The notes below the pieces were generated by a model, which ran no database searches, had not been told where the DNA came from, and saw only the letters and a list, made by a program, of their open reading frames with translations. DNA of 64,000 nt from the IMG/VR virus record IMGVR_UViG_3300021139_000006, positions 6,646-70,645 of that record; one strand, written 5' to 3'. Within the stretch, counting starts at the first letter, position 1; each line of letters starts with the position of its first letter. This document shows, piece after piece, positions 28,972 through 40,043 of this stretch. The position numbers and the translations under genes are program-made. The stretch is from a virus (lineage: Duplodnaviria > Caudoviricetes).

Positions 28972-31900
28972 TTATTGTGGTAATAGGTTATTGGTTAAGG
29001 GTTGAATAATATTTGAGACATTATTTTCTATTGCAGGGTCTAGATATTCAGGTATTAAAACTGCTGATGATACTACACCAAGTTGCTTTTGTGATTCAAT
29101 TATTACAGATGTTTCATCTGGCATTAGTCTTATTATTGCAAATGCAGAACTAGTGTCGGATACTACTGGTGCTCTATCTAATGTGGCTTGTAATTTTCTA
29201 GTTACGGTATCACCTACTGTAATTGGGGCAAGAACGCTCTTTACTATATATACTGGGTCCAATACATTTTCTATGGGAGATATTCTAACTAAATCCCCTT
29301 GTTGTATTGTAAATATATCTTCTACTGGTGAGTAGCTTGCTGTTATATACGATGTGAGTGCTCCTGTATTATATTGTGGACTAAATGTACTGTTATTGTA
29401 TAAAAGAGATGATGTAACATCAAATATCAATGTGTCGTTATAACCTGTAGTATAGCTACTTGATATATAAAACATCGGTGCCCCTGATGCAATGCTTTGT
29501 GTTACAACTTGGTTAGTTTGACCTCTTGAATCTATTACTTGGAAATAACCACCTTGTGGTATGGTGAAATTTATTTGATGACTTCCTTGAAAGAAAAGTG
29601 ATAAATCTAAGAAAAATACCCTGAGTCTTAATTTTTCACCTTGCTGAAGCTGTATTGTCTGGTCTAATTTTTGATTAAAAGTTATATAATTGTTATTAAG
29701 ATGATCCCAAATATATATGTTACCTGGATATCCATAAGCTCCATTATCTAGTCCAGAGTAGTCCCCTGAAGGTGCTACAGGTATATTCCAGTCTCCTAGA
29801 CTCGTACTAGCTGCATATCCCCAGCTACTCCCAGCATACTTTTCCACTACCCCTATTACTTTAAATGTACCATTACCTTCTTCAGGATGATTACCTGTAT
29901 ATTGTATAGGGATATATGCAGATACATAATAATCTGATGTTTCTGGAGCAGTAAATACTAATCTGCCTGTTTGGTCATTTGTATCGTATGTCACGTAACT
30001 ATTTAGTCCACTAGATATAAATCCTCCTGCAGAGCTAGTGTTTGGTAAATGAAAGTAGCTTAGTTCATAGTAACCCTGTAGATAATCTGTACCTGTTGGT
30101 TGATATAAAGTTTGTTGATAGTAACCCCCATCATAACCTTTGTATAACCATGTTTGTGGTGTACCATAAGAAGTGTTTATCGTAGGGTACATAGAATTAA
30201 AATCGTATAATGATCCATATACTTGAGATAATCTACCATCTGTTACTTGTTGACCATTAACTATAAGTTGAACAGCATTGCTTGGGGGTTGTGGCTGTCC
30301 TAATGGTACGGGCTGTAAGGCAAAAGATAGATTAGTGTCAGCTCCATTAATTGTATACCAATTAACTGAATAATCCATTACTGCTTTAAATCCAACAGAT
30401 GTTGTATAAGTCTGTACTGGTTTAGTAAATGTAAATGAAAGAGATTCATTGCTATCCCTGTACACTATAGGTTTAAAAGAATATCCTCCTAGATATATAG
30501 TAGAGGTTCCGTCTATAGAAAATTGATTAGAAGGGCTCAATGGGTTTGTGAGTGAAATAGTTATACTATCCCCTGACTTAAATGTGTTTTGGACCTCAAA
30601 TAAATTTTTATTTGCCTGAGTCAATGTTGTAGTTGAACCAGATGCGTCCAAAAGATATTTTATACTAAAGGTTGTTTTATCTAAAAAATTATAATTGTTT
30701 ACACTACCTTGTAAAGAATACCCAAACTTACCCGAATAGGTGTTTATATTAGGAAACGTACCCAATCCTGTGTCTCCTTGTGTATACTTATTAAGCTTTT
30801 GTACGCTAACCTTACTACCTATATATCTAGGAATACTCCACCTTTTATGATTATACTCGCTATCCTGTAAGGCAACAGGTTGTAGTATATTTGGATTATT
30901 TATATCCTGCTTCTTAGATACAGTTGATAAACGGTTGGTATACACATCATTATTAGTTACGTTAAAATCGCTATTTTTGAAAATAGCAGTACTAAAGCTT
31001 TGTGTATAAGATAGGTAGGGATTGTAATTACGAATCTCATAGTTATCATGTATATCTACATAAGATCCTGAAATATCCCCTGTCATAAAAGTCATCTCCT
31101 CATTGAATTGAGGGTATGATGTACCTGCTTTTATAGTATTATGTCCTACAGATGCGGTATACTGGACCAAGGACATGCTAGGCTGGTGCCTAGATATTTT
31201 GTTACGTTCAAGGATTGGTGACTTAATTGTTACGCCTGTGCTAAGGTTTGTTCTAGCAGGGGTAAAATCACCTATCATTTTGAATAGTGTATTATCTATT
31301 TGCCCTACTAAATTTATAAAGTCTTTGTAATCATATTTAGATATAAACTTCTGGTAATATTGATCATTTATTGTGACAATATCTGGATATACATTTAAAC
31401 CTTGATAAGTTGGGTCTCCTATATATTGGTCTAAATCAAGTAAGCTACCATATTGAGATATGATATCTTTGTTTATTTCATTCTGAGGGGAGAAACTTAC
31501 TTCAGCAAAGTGGGTATCTCTTGACCTATTTGTATCAGGTGCTTCTATCCTTAAAATAGGACTTAATACATTACTATTAGGGGTGTTATTGACTATACGA
31601 ACTTTCTCTGTAACAGGGCTGTAATAGCCAGCTTGAGGAGTATTTGTGTAGGACAACTCATACTCTGATTGGTAGTTATTCTGATTGGGAAATCCTATAA
31701 ATAAAAGGCTATTGTATGATGAGCTGTATTGTAAGGATTGTGTTGGTAATCCTCCATAACTACTGGTACTGTAATGAGCATAAGTGCCGTATAAGGATCC
31801 TCCTGATGCTGAATATACACTTCCTGATGTGTAGTATAATTTGAACTGTGGATGTACTGAGCCTACAGATGCAGTTTGATAGTGATTATAGGTCAACAAG

Positions 31901-34362
31901 TTGTTGCCTAAAGGGAATCTTGCTGCTAAATCGTTATAGGCACCATTTATATTATTTCCTTGAAAAGATTCATTACTTAACGTATGTGCATCAAATGCTG
32001 TTGATGATAAAGGTTCAGACCAATATCTAAGCTCTTGTATTCCTCCTATAAATGATGAACTGAATAAAGGTGTTACTACACCTGGGCCTCCAACTGACAA
32101 ATATACTAATGATGATGTATTACCGTAATAGCTCCATGCTCTATTTAATGCGAGGTCAGAAGCAAGGTCATAGTTGATATTATTGTAGTTACCTATTGAA
32201 GTTTTAGCTGTATGACCTACTCTTCCTGATATACAATTTTGAACAGTTAGTGTGTATTTTTGACTACCTGATATTGATGATATGTAATCTTTATACTTTG
32301 TATTTGTTGTCAACAACACATTCCAGAATCCAGTTTCTCCATCACTACCTGTTGCATACATGGGTACAGAAAGAGAAGACGATACGTATCCACTTGACCC
32401 TGACATAATCAAAGTAAAGTTGGCAGACGGTATGCTTTGAGATACTATATAATTTAATGTAACTCCGAAGTTTGCTTTTGAACTTCCGCTTTGGTACACT
32501 TGTATCAACGATACGTTGGATGGTTGTGTATGTTTATCTGGTTTTACCCTAAACTCAATTGAACTTGGAACAAGGTCACTCGAACCGTACTTTAAATAGT
32601 TTTGGGTAAGTGGTGCCCAATAAGCTTGTACATAACTTCCTGTACTATTTGTCAAAGAATAGGAAAATCTGTCATATACATAGTCAGGTTTGGTAGATGT
32701 ACTATCATCTCCTCCGTATTGTATAGGGGTTAATATAGTGTCAGGAATGCCATATACTGTTATTAAATTCTGGATACCTCTTGTAGTACCTTTGGATTTA
32801 AGTAAGTAGGGTAAATTATGATAAAGTCTTTTGTAAAGTTCTTTAGACTGATCTTGCCCACTAGTTAGTATTCCTGAGCCCGTAACTGTATAGCTCCCTG
32901 TTGGTGCCCCTAGTAGGTATTCAGATAAGTTTAGGTCTGAGTTGTTATTATATAGTTTTATACCATATGACCTCAATACATCATAAACCATATCTTTTGA
33001 GATGCCGGTATTCAGATTATTATCTGCTTTATGGATATCATTTATAGCTTTGATGTATATCCATATACTATCATAATGCTGCCCAAGCATATTTGTAAAT
33101 AATAAGAATTGAGCATTTTTTGGGTCATCTACTATGAAACCAGGAGTACTGAATACTAAATTATCTTGGTTTTCTAAGTCATACAGAGATGCACTATATA
33201 ACTGTCCGTAGGTCTGGTTATCTCCTAAAAAGGCTTGTGCTTGTGAAGATGTAACACTGTATAAAACACTACCACTTTTTGGCCATGCATATGTAGATGG
33301 GGAACTGTACAAGAAAGTCTCATACGGATCAAAGTTCTTTATTATGTTATTTGTAGATACTTGTATTGACTGTGCACTCCCACTAACAGATACATCCATT
33401 CCAGGTAATGATAATAACCTAGATACTGTAGATTCATTCTGTTGTATCTCAGTTAATTTGTAAACAAAGTTAACAAGTCTTTGAGCTGCAGATGAGAAAT
33501 GTACGAAGTTTTTATAATTAGTGTAATCAACATTAATCCCTATAGAATTATCGTTAAGCTGATTAATTATTGCTTGATAATCCTGTAGTGTGGGTGTATT
33601 GTATATAGTTGATTGGTTAACATACGTCGATGCTAAACCTGATTGAGCATGCACATCTATATCAAAATTAGCCGAAGCTATCATAGGTATCGGTGCCGGA
33701 GTAAAATCAGGCGTAAGTACCACTTCAAATATGATAGGAGAAGCGAGCTCCTCTACTATCCATAAAGGGGCCTTTAAACCGAATTCAGTAGGTAAAGGTT
33801 GATATAGCTTTATTAATAGGGAGTAAGGATTAGTACTCTCATCTATGGCAATATTGACAGCATTAACTGCATTGTTATTGCCAAAGTTCAATAAAAAGTC
33901 CTTGAAATATGGAGAAGACTGTACCTGGTTAATGAAGTTAAGGGTATTGGTCTCTAAGGCTAAATTAGATACAATATTTGAGGATAGGCGTATTTCTGTT
34001 CGGTCAGTGCTTATCTCCGTTATGAAAAAGGTATACGAAGACAGATTGTATATCTGATGCCTGTATATCCTGTAATCAAGCTTAAAATCACCTACATTAT
34101 AATTCCTACTGGTTAGGTAAGTACCTGGGTCAAATAAAATCTGGTTACTGGTATTATATCCTGTATCTGGTAAAGTGTACTCTGTAACATTGTAGTTAGA
34201 ATCCAAAAGGATGTCGTCTTGCGTATAGATATGGCATTCCACATAATCCGTAGTAGGATTAAAATTACGTAAGAAACTTTGTGAAGGTATGAGTACTTGA
34301 TCAATAGTATCATACTTATCTAAAGCTGGGTCTTTTATTTGGTTTATGGATACGACTGACAA
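28972..34362 (-). CDS. Large baseplate wedge-like structural protein (1796 aa)
   Basis: YLLKSKGTTRGIQNLI wedge-like motif; LamG-like segments (IEFRVK, GGIQELRYW). Confidence 0.65.
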   Translation of the reverse strand: MSVVSINQIKDPALDKYDTIDQVLIPSQSFLRNFNPTTDYVECHIYTQDDILLDSNYNVTEYTLPDTGYNTSNQILFDPGTYLTSRNYNVGDFKLDYRIYRHQIYNLSSYTFFITEISTDRTEIRLSSNIVSNLALETNTLNFINQVQSSPYFKDFLLNFGNNNAVNAVNIAIDESTNPYSLLIKLYQPLPTEFGLKAPLWIVEELASPIIFEVVLTPDFTPAPIPMIASANFDIDVHAQSGLASTYVNQSTIYNTPTLQDYQAIINQLNDNSIGINVDYTNYKNFVHFSSAAQRLVNFVYKLTEIQQNESTVSRLLSLPGMDVSVSGSAQSIQVSTNNIIKNFDPYETFLYSSPSTYAWPKSGSVLYSVTSSQAQAFLGDNQTYGQLYSASLYDLENQDNLVFSTPGFIVDDPKNAQFLLFTNMLGQHYDSIWIYIKAINDIHKADNNLNTGISKDMVYDVLRSYGIKLYNNNSDLNLSEYLLGAPTGSYTVTGSGILTSGQDQSKELYKRLYHNLPYLLKSKGTTRGIQNLITVYGIPDTILTPIQYGGDDSTSTKPDYVYDRFSYSLTNSTGSYVQAYWAPLTQNYLKYGSSDLVPSSIEFRVKPDKHTQPSNVSLIQVYQSGSSKANFGVTLNYIVSQSIPSANFTLIMSGSSGYVSSSLSVPMYATGSDGETGFWNVLLTTNTKYKDYISSISGSQKYTLTVQNCISGRVGHTAKTSIGNYNNINYDLASDLALNRAWSYYGNTSSLVYLSVGGPGVVTPLFSSSFIGGIQELRYWSEPLSSTAFDAHTLSNESFQGNNINGAYNDLAARFPLGNNLLTYNHYQTASVGSVHPQFKLYYTSGSVYSASGGSLYGTYAHYSTSSYGGLPTQSLQYSSSYNSLLFIGFPNQNNYQSEYELSYTNTPQAGYYSPVTEKVRIVNNTPNSNVLSPILRIEAPDTNRSRDTHFAEVSFSPQNEINKDIISQYGSLLDLDQYIGDPTYQGLNVYPDIVTINDQYYQKFISKYDYKDFINLVGQIDNTLFKMIGDFTPARTNLSTGVTIKSPILERNKISRHQPSMSLVQYTASVGHNTIKAGTSYPQFNEEMTFMTGDISGSYVDIHDNYEIRNYNPYLSYTQSFSTAIFKNSDFNVTNNDVYTNRLSTVSKKQDINNPNILQPVALQDSEYNHKRWSIPRYIGSKVSVQKLNKYTQGDTGLGTFPNINTYSGKFGYSLQGSVNNYNFLDKTTFSIKYLLDASGSTTTLTQANKNLFEVQNTFKSGDSITISLTNPLSPSNQFSIDGTSTIYLGGYSFKPIVYRDSNESLSFTFTKPVQTYTTSVGFKAVMDYSVNWYTINGADTNLSFALQPVPLGQPQPPSNAVQLIVNGQQVTDGRLSQVYGSLYDFNSMYPTINTSYGTPQTWLYKGYDGGYYQQTLYQPTGTDYLQGYYELSYFHLPNTSSAGGFISSGLNSYVTYDTNDQTGRLVFTAPETSDYYVSAYIPIQYTGNHPEEGNGTFKVIGVVEKYAGSSWGYAASTSLGDWNIPVAPSGDYSGLDNGAYGYPGNIYIWDHLNNNYITFNQKLDQTIQLQQGEKLRLRVFFLDLSLFFQGSHQINFTIPQGGYFQVIDSRGQTNQVVTQSIASGAPMFYISSSYTTGYNDTLIFDVTSSLLYNNSTFSPQYNTGALTSYITASYSPVEDIFTIQQGDLVRISPIENVLDPVYIVKSVLAPITVGDTVTRKLQATLDRAPVVSDTSSAFAIIRLMPDETSVIIESQKQLGVVSSAVLIPEYLDPAIENNVSNIIQPLTNNLLPQ

Positions 34363-34368
34363 TTGATT

Positions 34369-34695
34369 CTATGAATTAGTTATGGTGTATAATTGTTGTT
34401 TCAGGGATACATTTTCATTACGGAGATTTTCCACTTCTTTAGTTAAATCTGCATAAGATATACCTAGATAGTCGCTACTTCTATTCACCAGTTCAAGATG
34501 AGAGTTAATAGACCCTGTGGCCGGTATGTCGTAGAATATGGTATTATAAGATATAAAGAAGTCCTTTACCTCCGTTATTGTATTTGGAGGTGTAGAGTTA
34601 TCTGGTGGTATTAGCTGTGTGAAGTTGGTTTTAACCACATTCTGGAAGCTGTTCTTTCCATAGATTATTCTCGATATAGGAACCTGTTCTGTCAA
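34369..34695 (-). CDS. Hypothetical virion protein
   Basis: Structural cluster; C-terminal coiled coil. Confidence 0.55.
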   Translation of the reverse strand: MTEQVPISRIIYGKNSFQNVVKTNFTQLIPPDNSTPPNTITEVKDFFISYNTIFYDIPATGSINSHLELVNRSSDYLGISYADLTKEVENLRNENVSLKQQLYTITNS

Positions 34696-34715
34696 TTGTA
34701 TTTAGGGTTTAATGG

Positions 34716-35804
34716 TTATTTCTCTACTTTAAATGTGTAGCCATTATCAAATACTACTTCTTCACCGTTTATAATGGATTTTATAAGTATCTTATAATAT
34801 CTTGAAGGTTCTAGACCGTTCATATAAATAGTGAAGTAATTACTTTTACTATCTGCCGACACTTTAGTGTAGTTTGTGTCGTAATCAATTACCACATCTT
34901 TTGTCTTGTAATCTACTAAAGACCAGTAAGAGCTGCTAGGCAAGAACTTGTTCTGAGTAAACATACTAGTAGTCATAAACTGTCTAGTCGGGTACTGATC
35001 ACGAACACTTACTCTGAATTCTTTTATTGAATCTGGCCTAAAGGTTCCTATATTGTTCTGCAAAGATACGTTAATTTGTGAATTAGAACAAATATTTCCT
35101 GAAGGGTTAAAGGAAGAGTCATCCCACCTGAATTCAAGACATGGTGGATATATAGTATTACTGTCCCTAGAAAAGAAATTTAAGGTGTAGTTGTAGTTAG
35201 AGTCAAACTCTAGACTTCCTGATGTTTTTACTATAAATCCGTAGTTAGGTATGGAACCAGATAGGTATAAATTAGTAAAGTTTGTGGTTTCTATTTGTAT
35301 ATCCTTTTCGGTGTATGGAGTAAATGATTGTGTATATGATGATGTATACCAAGTACCTCCCCCAGGATTGGTGCTGATGAATGATCCTGTTACACCGGCA
35401 GGAAACCCAGACGTTAGCCAATAACTAGAGCTGTAAGCAGTGGGAAAATTCCAGGTTGCTCCAGTTTCATTGACAGGATTATCACCTAACTTACCGGTAC
35501 CCATATCCCATTTCTGATATGTAGGGTGTAACTCTATGGTATAATTTGTGGGAATGCCATAAGCCTCACATAGGTACATTTTAAAGTATGACTGGTATGA
35601 CGCTGTCCTTATATAATTTGTTAACACATCACTCATGTCGTCTTTAGAAAACTGAACTAATGGACGTGCATAGGTAGATTGTGATGGATACAGTAAAGAT
35701 GCATTCTTAGATAGGTATAATAATGCATCTAAGCCTAGATTGGCATTATTTACTTCGCTGTACAAAGTCGTGTCTTGGACGGGGAATATTTTATATACTG
35801 CCAT
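34716..35804 (-). CDS. Virion protein with beta-sandwich (DNRLRE/CBM-like) domain
   Basis: DTTLY..WDMGTG..GATW..NYGFIVK..FFSRDS..YPPCLE. Confidence 0.55.
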   Translation of the reverse strand: MAVYKIFPVQDTTLYSEVNNANLGLDALLYLSKNASLLYPSQSTYARPLVQFSKDDMSDVLTNYIRTASYQSYFKMYLCEAYGIPTNYTIELHPTYQKWDMGTGKLGDNPVNETGATWNFPTAYSSSYWLTSGFPAGVTGSFISTNPGGGTWYTSSYTQSFTPYTEKDIQIETTNFTNLYLSGSIPNYGFIVKTSGSLEFDSNYNYTLNFFSRDSNTIYPPCLEFRWDDSSFNPSGNICSNSQINVSLQNNIGTFRPDSIKEFRVSVRDQYPTRQFMTTSMFTQNKFLPSSSYWSLVDYKTKDVVIDYDTNYTKVSADSKSNYFTIYMNGLEPSRYYKILIKSIINGEEVVFDNGYTFKVEK

Positions 35805-36503
35805 TTATGTTCTATTACCTTTTTTAAAATTATCTACAGCCCATAAAGGTTGTAGGTTTGTGTAGTGAAATGCTTTCTTCTGCTCCTCTAAATCAAATAA
35901 ATTAAATTTTGATAATGGTATTATATGATCGATATTCCACCTATTTTCATAAAAACCATGATTATCCCAATTCATACCTTCTGTAAAAAGAGATTCTAGG
36001 TGTAATTTTAATTCGGGTATTGAGCAACCTAATAAGTCTAAATAATGACAATGTTCTACACCCTTCTTAAGTCTTTTAATTACTTTTTGAAATCTTTTCC
36101 TCAGCCTATCTCTCAACATTGATTCAGGAGATTGATTTTTTCTATAAATTTTTCTCTGCTCTCTTATTATATCCTTTCTAGACTCTCGATACACCTTAAC
36201 TCTTTCCTTCACTTCCGGCTTACTATAGTATTCTCTAACTCTCTTCTTCTGTTCTTTATGGTTATTATAATAGTAATTACTAAATTTCTCTTTAATCTTT
36301 TCTGGATGTTTTTCTGCATATGTCTTAGCATGAAGTGCTGCTCTCTCTTTGGTTTTAGGATATTTTTCTCTATTTTCCCTATTCCTGCAAATTTTACATG
36401 CTGTTTTTAATCCATCCTTAGATTGAGTATGTTTATGATAATCCTCATAAGACTTAAAGTCTTTACAGATTGTACATACCTTTCCTGTTATCGTAGATTC
36501 CAT
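35805..36503 (-). CDS. HNH homing endonuclease
   Basis: CTIC..CKIC and WNIDHIIPLS..HYTNLQPLWAVDNFKKGN; inserted among structural genes. Confidence 0.9.
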   Translation of the reverse strand: MESTITGKVCTICKDFKSYEDYHKHTQSKDGLKTACKICRNRENREKYPKTKERAALHAKTYAEKHPEKIKEKFSNYYYNNHKEQKKRVREYYSKPEVKERVKVYRESRKDIIREQRKIYRKNQSPESMLRDRLRKRFQKVIKRLKKGVEHCHYLDLLGCSIPELKLHLESLFTEGMNWDNHGFYENRWNIDHIIPLSKFNLFDLEEQKKAFHYTNLQPLWAVDNFKKGNRT

Positions 36504-36506
36504 TAA

Positions 36507-37034
36507 TTAAGGTTTAAATTTAAAGTAATTTGCCCTCGCCATCCATCCTTTGATAAACTTACTTTGAGAGGGATTCTTAGCTACTATGTCTTTATAATGT
36601 TGTTGACGGCTATTTACTAGATTATTAAAAAGTTCTTGCTGATTAGCTGAATTGATAGCTTGTATTGTTTTTGGGCCTACATTTCCATCTACAGTAAGTC
36701 CTAATATTTGTTGCGTTCTTCTAGCTGCGAATCCTATCCCACAGTTGTACCCCCAATCCACAATGTATTCGGCTATTATTTGATTATTTATAGTATCTGC
36801 TTTTACCACATCCCAATACCTTTTCTTTACTATGGATGCAGCCTCTTCATCCGTCATTAGGTTTAAATCTTTTTCGTCTATGACACCGTCATTATTATGG
36901 TCTACACCATACTCTTTGTATTCTGATATGATTATACCATCTTTTGTCCAAGAACCTTTGTCTCCAGGTACATTCTCTAATTTTGTACCTTCTAGCTCCC
37001 ATAATTTGATTAAATAAGGTTTTATGTCTGCCAT
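36507..37034 (-). CDS. GH108-type lysozyme with peptidoglycan-binding domain (endolysin)
   Basis: EGT..PGDKGSWTKDGI, YWD, NCG, DGNVGPKT and FIKGWMAR motifs. Confidence 0.88.
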   Translation of the reverse strand: MADIKPYLIKLWELEGTKLENVPGDKGSWTKDGIIISEYKEYGVDHNNDGVIDEKDLNLMTDEEAASIVKKRYWDVVKADTINNQIIAEYIVDWGYNCGIGFAARRTQQILGLTVDGNVGPKTIQAINSANQQELFNNLVNSRQQHYKDIVAKNPSQSKFIKGWMARANYFKFKP

Positions 37035-37040
37035 TGGTTA

Positions 37041-37364
37041 TTAGTTTATAGGTGTATCAATAGGTGTTTCCGGTTTTGGTTCAGTGGTGTCTGATAAGTT
37101 CAAAGGCTTATCCTTCGAAAGCCTAGTTATACCTAGCAAAGCCCCTCCTATTGTAAGGAATGCTAAAGTTAAATTTGAGTACAATTCCAAATGTGCAAAT
37201 ATTGTGTATGGAAAACAAACACAGCTTACTGCTACTATAAGAAATCCACAAAATAAGTGTATATCGGATTTACCTGAACTATCATTAAACATCTCTTTAA
37301 AAGAGAATTGGTTCATTTTTGGAAAATTAATCATATTGTTTTGTTTTAAATTAATTTGTGACAA
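37041..37364 (-). CDS. Two-TM membrane protein, possible holin
   Basis: Two hydrophobic segments, directly upstream of the endolysin. Confidence 0.55.
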   Translation of the reverse strand: MSQINLKQNNMINFPKMNQFSFKEMFNDSSGKSDIHLFCGFLIVAVSCVCFPYTIFAHLELYSNLTLAFLTIGGALLGITRLSKDKPLNLSDTTEPKPETPIDTPIN

Positions 37365-39243
37365 CTCTACCTTTTATGTCATTTTGAGGATATTGTATGC
37401 AAAATATTGATGGGTCCCTAGATGGATAGATAATTCCGTTTTTGGTGGCTCCTACAATATCGTAACCATACTGGGAATAGCCATCGTTAACTCCTGATAC
37501 GTTGTTTACATTTATATCCAATACACTTTGAACACCTTTTACTTTCAATATTAGAGTATAAATATCCGCAAGTATTATTGGTTGATTTATAGCTGTATTG
37601 TAATCCCCATAGTAATCAGCAATGTTGTTTAAACATTGACTTAATATCTGCTGTGAATTGTATGAAGGAAGGATTGATATGCTGAAGCTTATTTGTATGT
37701 TTATCACAAACGCATCCTTAATAGACATCCCATCTCCTAGCATAGCGTATTGGCTAAGATAGTTTTTCAAGTTTTCTTTAAGAGCATCACTAGCTGTGGT
37801 TAAATTCTTGTTTGCATCATAGCTAAGAATGTATAATGAAATACCTAAAGGGTTACTGTTTACAAATGTGTTATTGGTAGCAAGCGCATAATCACTAGTC
37901 GCATAAGCCTTAGCAACAGCTCCATATTGGGCTGGAAGTGACACAGCTCTGGTTACTATGTCATCATTCGTCACACATCTTAATTGAGTAGGGTAAGCTG
38001 CCATAGCATGGAGACGTATGTCATCTACACTATCACCGGCACCTCCACCGGAAGCTGCATTTTCATTAGTAAAAGTAACAGTGTTACTTATCTGTTGAAA
38101 CAAGGGTTGATTTATAGAATTAGGGTTACTGTTTGCAGCAGTCTTAGTTATTGAGTATATGGTAGTGATATCGTTTGCAGGAACGTTTGTTGTAACCCCT
38201 CCTCCATTTATGTAAGTTATGTTTAATGAGGTATTTCCAGGTGCGAGCCCGTATTGCTTTGTGTACAAAGGATTCGCAGGGTCAAATGCTGTATTCAACA
38301 TAGAGATACTATCAATTAAGCCCATTCCTACATTCTCTGTATTAGGAATAATTGTCTCATCTGGTTGACTTACAACACCTGCTCCAAAATACATTGTAAG
38401 AGTCGAGTCTCCATTATATCTTGTTGCGAACCTTCTTTGTACTGTTCTTAACTTTAGTATATATGGTACTGTTCCATTATACTGAGCCATGGTTGGGTCA
38501 TTTAATGGGGTGTTAGGTACAGTGTCATATACGGTTGATTGAGCTAAGTAAGGTACTTCATACCAGGTATTCCCATCACTATCCACCACAGATAATATCT
38601 CTATTATATCTGTATCAGGTAATGTTACACTATCAAATTTAACTGGACTTCCAAAAGAGTAAGTCTGTGTGTTTATAGTTCCTGCAATAGCTTGTACTTG
38701 TTTCTTCAATAAGTAGTACTCAGGTTTGTTTGTATTAGAGTTAACTGAGTATACAGATACCGTTGTAGGGTCTGAAGAAGACGAATAAGCGAAGTTTACA
38801 GGTGCCTGAGTAATGAATGTAACATTACTGTTTGATTTTGAATTTATCTTTGCGTTAGTTGCTATGTTTATTGCATAGCTATAGTCTGGGGAGGTTGTAC
38901 CTCCAATAACTAATGCCGGTATCTGTTGGTATACATCTAATGTAACTACAGCAGTACTAGTAACCCTTGGTCTATAACCTTGGGTGTATGCAAGTGACAT
39001 TATATTGTCTTCTTGCACCGCGAACTCTAAAAAGTTTTCTTGTACAGACCTATCAGTATATAAAGACAATATATCTCCAATAACAGACGCTTGCTCTATA
39101 AGCATAGTGGCAGGAGAAGCGTCCGAGAAGTCGTTGTTAGTATTAGGAAAATAAGCCTGTGCAAAGTTAATCAATGCTTGTTTGAAGCTGTTGAAGTCTC
39201 TGTTAAGGTACTTTATGTCGATATTAGGTGAGGTTGTGGCCAT
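37351..39243 (-). CDS. Baseplate wedge subunit, gp6-like
   Basis: DFNSFKQALI, YFGAG and RCVTNDD baseplate J/gp6 motifs. Confidence 0.85.
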   Translation of the reverse strand: MATTSPNIDIKYLNRDFNSFKQALINFAQAYFPNTNNDFSDASPATMLIEQASVIGDILSLYTDRSVQENFLEFAVQEDNIMSLAYTQGYRPRVTSTAVVTLDVYQQIPALVIGGTTSPDYSYAINIATNAKINSKSNSNVTFITQAPVNFAYSSSSDPTTVSVYSVNSNTNKPEYYLLKKQVQAIAGTINTQTYSFGSPVKFDSVTLPDTDIIEILSVVDSDGNTWYEVPYLAQSTVYDTVPNTPLNDPTMAQYNGTVPYILKLRTVQRRFATRYNGDSTLTMYFGAGVVSQPDETIIPNTENVGMGLIDSISMLNTAFDPANPLYTKQYGLAPGNTSLNITYINGGGVTTNVPANDITTIYSITKTAANSNPNSINQPLFQQISNTVTFTNENAASGGGAGDSVDDIRLHAMAAYPTQLRCVTNDDIVTRAVSLPAQYGAVAKAYATSDYALATNNTFVNSNPLGISLYILSYDANKNLTTASDALKENLKNYLSQYAMLGDGMSIKDAFVINIQISFSISILPSYNSQQILSQCLNNIADYYGDYNTAINQPIILADIYTLILKVKGVQSVLDINVNNVSGVNDGYSQYGYDIVGATKNGIIYPSRDPSIFCIQYPQNDIKGRVVTN

Positions 39244-39245
39244 GT

Positions 39246-39644
39246 CTATACACTTATAGTTATTTGGTTGTCAGTATTGTTAAAGCTGTACTTTAGAGTT
39301 ATATACAGTGTATGGGTGTTATCGGGTGAAGTCACAGTCAGACTCTGTATGTTGATTTGAGGGAACTGATTGGATACAGCGGTTCTTAGTGCATTATCTA
39401 TAGCTTGCAAATCGTCATCTGAGCTAAAAAGCAAATCTCTAATCCCAGCTCCAAAAGAAAGATTAAACAGTCTCTCTCCTGGATTAGTTAACATAAAGTT
39501 GATTAGATTAGTTTTTAGCTGATCTTGGGTAGTGTAGTTTTGACCAAAAATTGCCGGTGCGTCAAAAGGAAGCCTCAACCCTACGGCAACTGCCTTTTGG
39601 GTATCTATAGGGTATACTTTGGTTTGAATCCTTTGACGTCTCAT
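39246..39644 (-). CDS. Baseplate wedge subunit, gp25-like
   Basis: NLINFMLTNPGERLFNLSFGAGIRDLLF. Confidence 0.9.
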   Translation of the reverse strand: MRRQRIQTKVYPIDTQKAVAVGLRLPFDAPAIFGQNYTTQDQLKTNLINFMLTNPGERLFNLSFGAGIRDLLFSSDDDLQAIDNALRTAVSNQFPQINIQSLTVTSPDNTHTLYITLKYSFNNTDNQITISV

Positions 39645-39647
39645 TTA

Positions 39648-40010
39648 TTATCTTTTGAATATATTTGGAATTGGTAAATCCACATCTGGCAGACCTTCAC
39701 TTGCTTTTGCGTGCATAGACGCCATCTTTAATGATGGATCATCATATATACTAGGAGCGTCAGCTGCTGGTCTTCTACCTTCTGTTATGATATCTTCACC
39801 ATAGTTTTGTGGCTTACCTAGTAATGTTAGTCTAGGTGCAGTTTGTGAATACTCTTGTTGAGGAGCTTGCCTACCCTCTTTTAATATCTGGGCATTAAGT
39901 GCCTTGATTTTCTTCAGCTCCTCTTTTAAGGGCTCTATAGCTTTTGTTACTGCCATTTCAGTATGGATTTTCAGTACTTCTGCTAATAAATTGATTTCTG
40001 TTGATGTCAT
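39648..40010 (-). CDS. Hypothetical protein
   Basis: Preceded by ATATTTAT; ILKEG and IITEG sites. Confidence 0.55.
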   Translation of the reverse strand: MTSTEINLLAEVLKIHTEMAVTKAIEPLKEELKKIKALNAQILKEGRQAPQQEYSQTAPRLTLLGKPQNYGEDIITEGRRPAADAPSIYDDPSLKMASMHAKASEGLPDVDLPIPNIFKR

Positions 40011-40043
40011 TGTGTATAAATATAAGTGGTTATGAAAATTAGA

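Noticed and set aside
35805-36503. HNH gene as part of a group I intron
   Set aside because: Flanking genes look complete and abut the ORF within a few bases, leaving no room for an intron core
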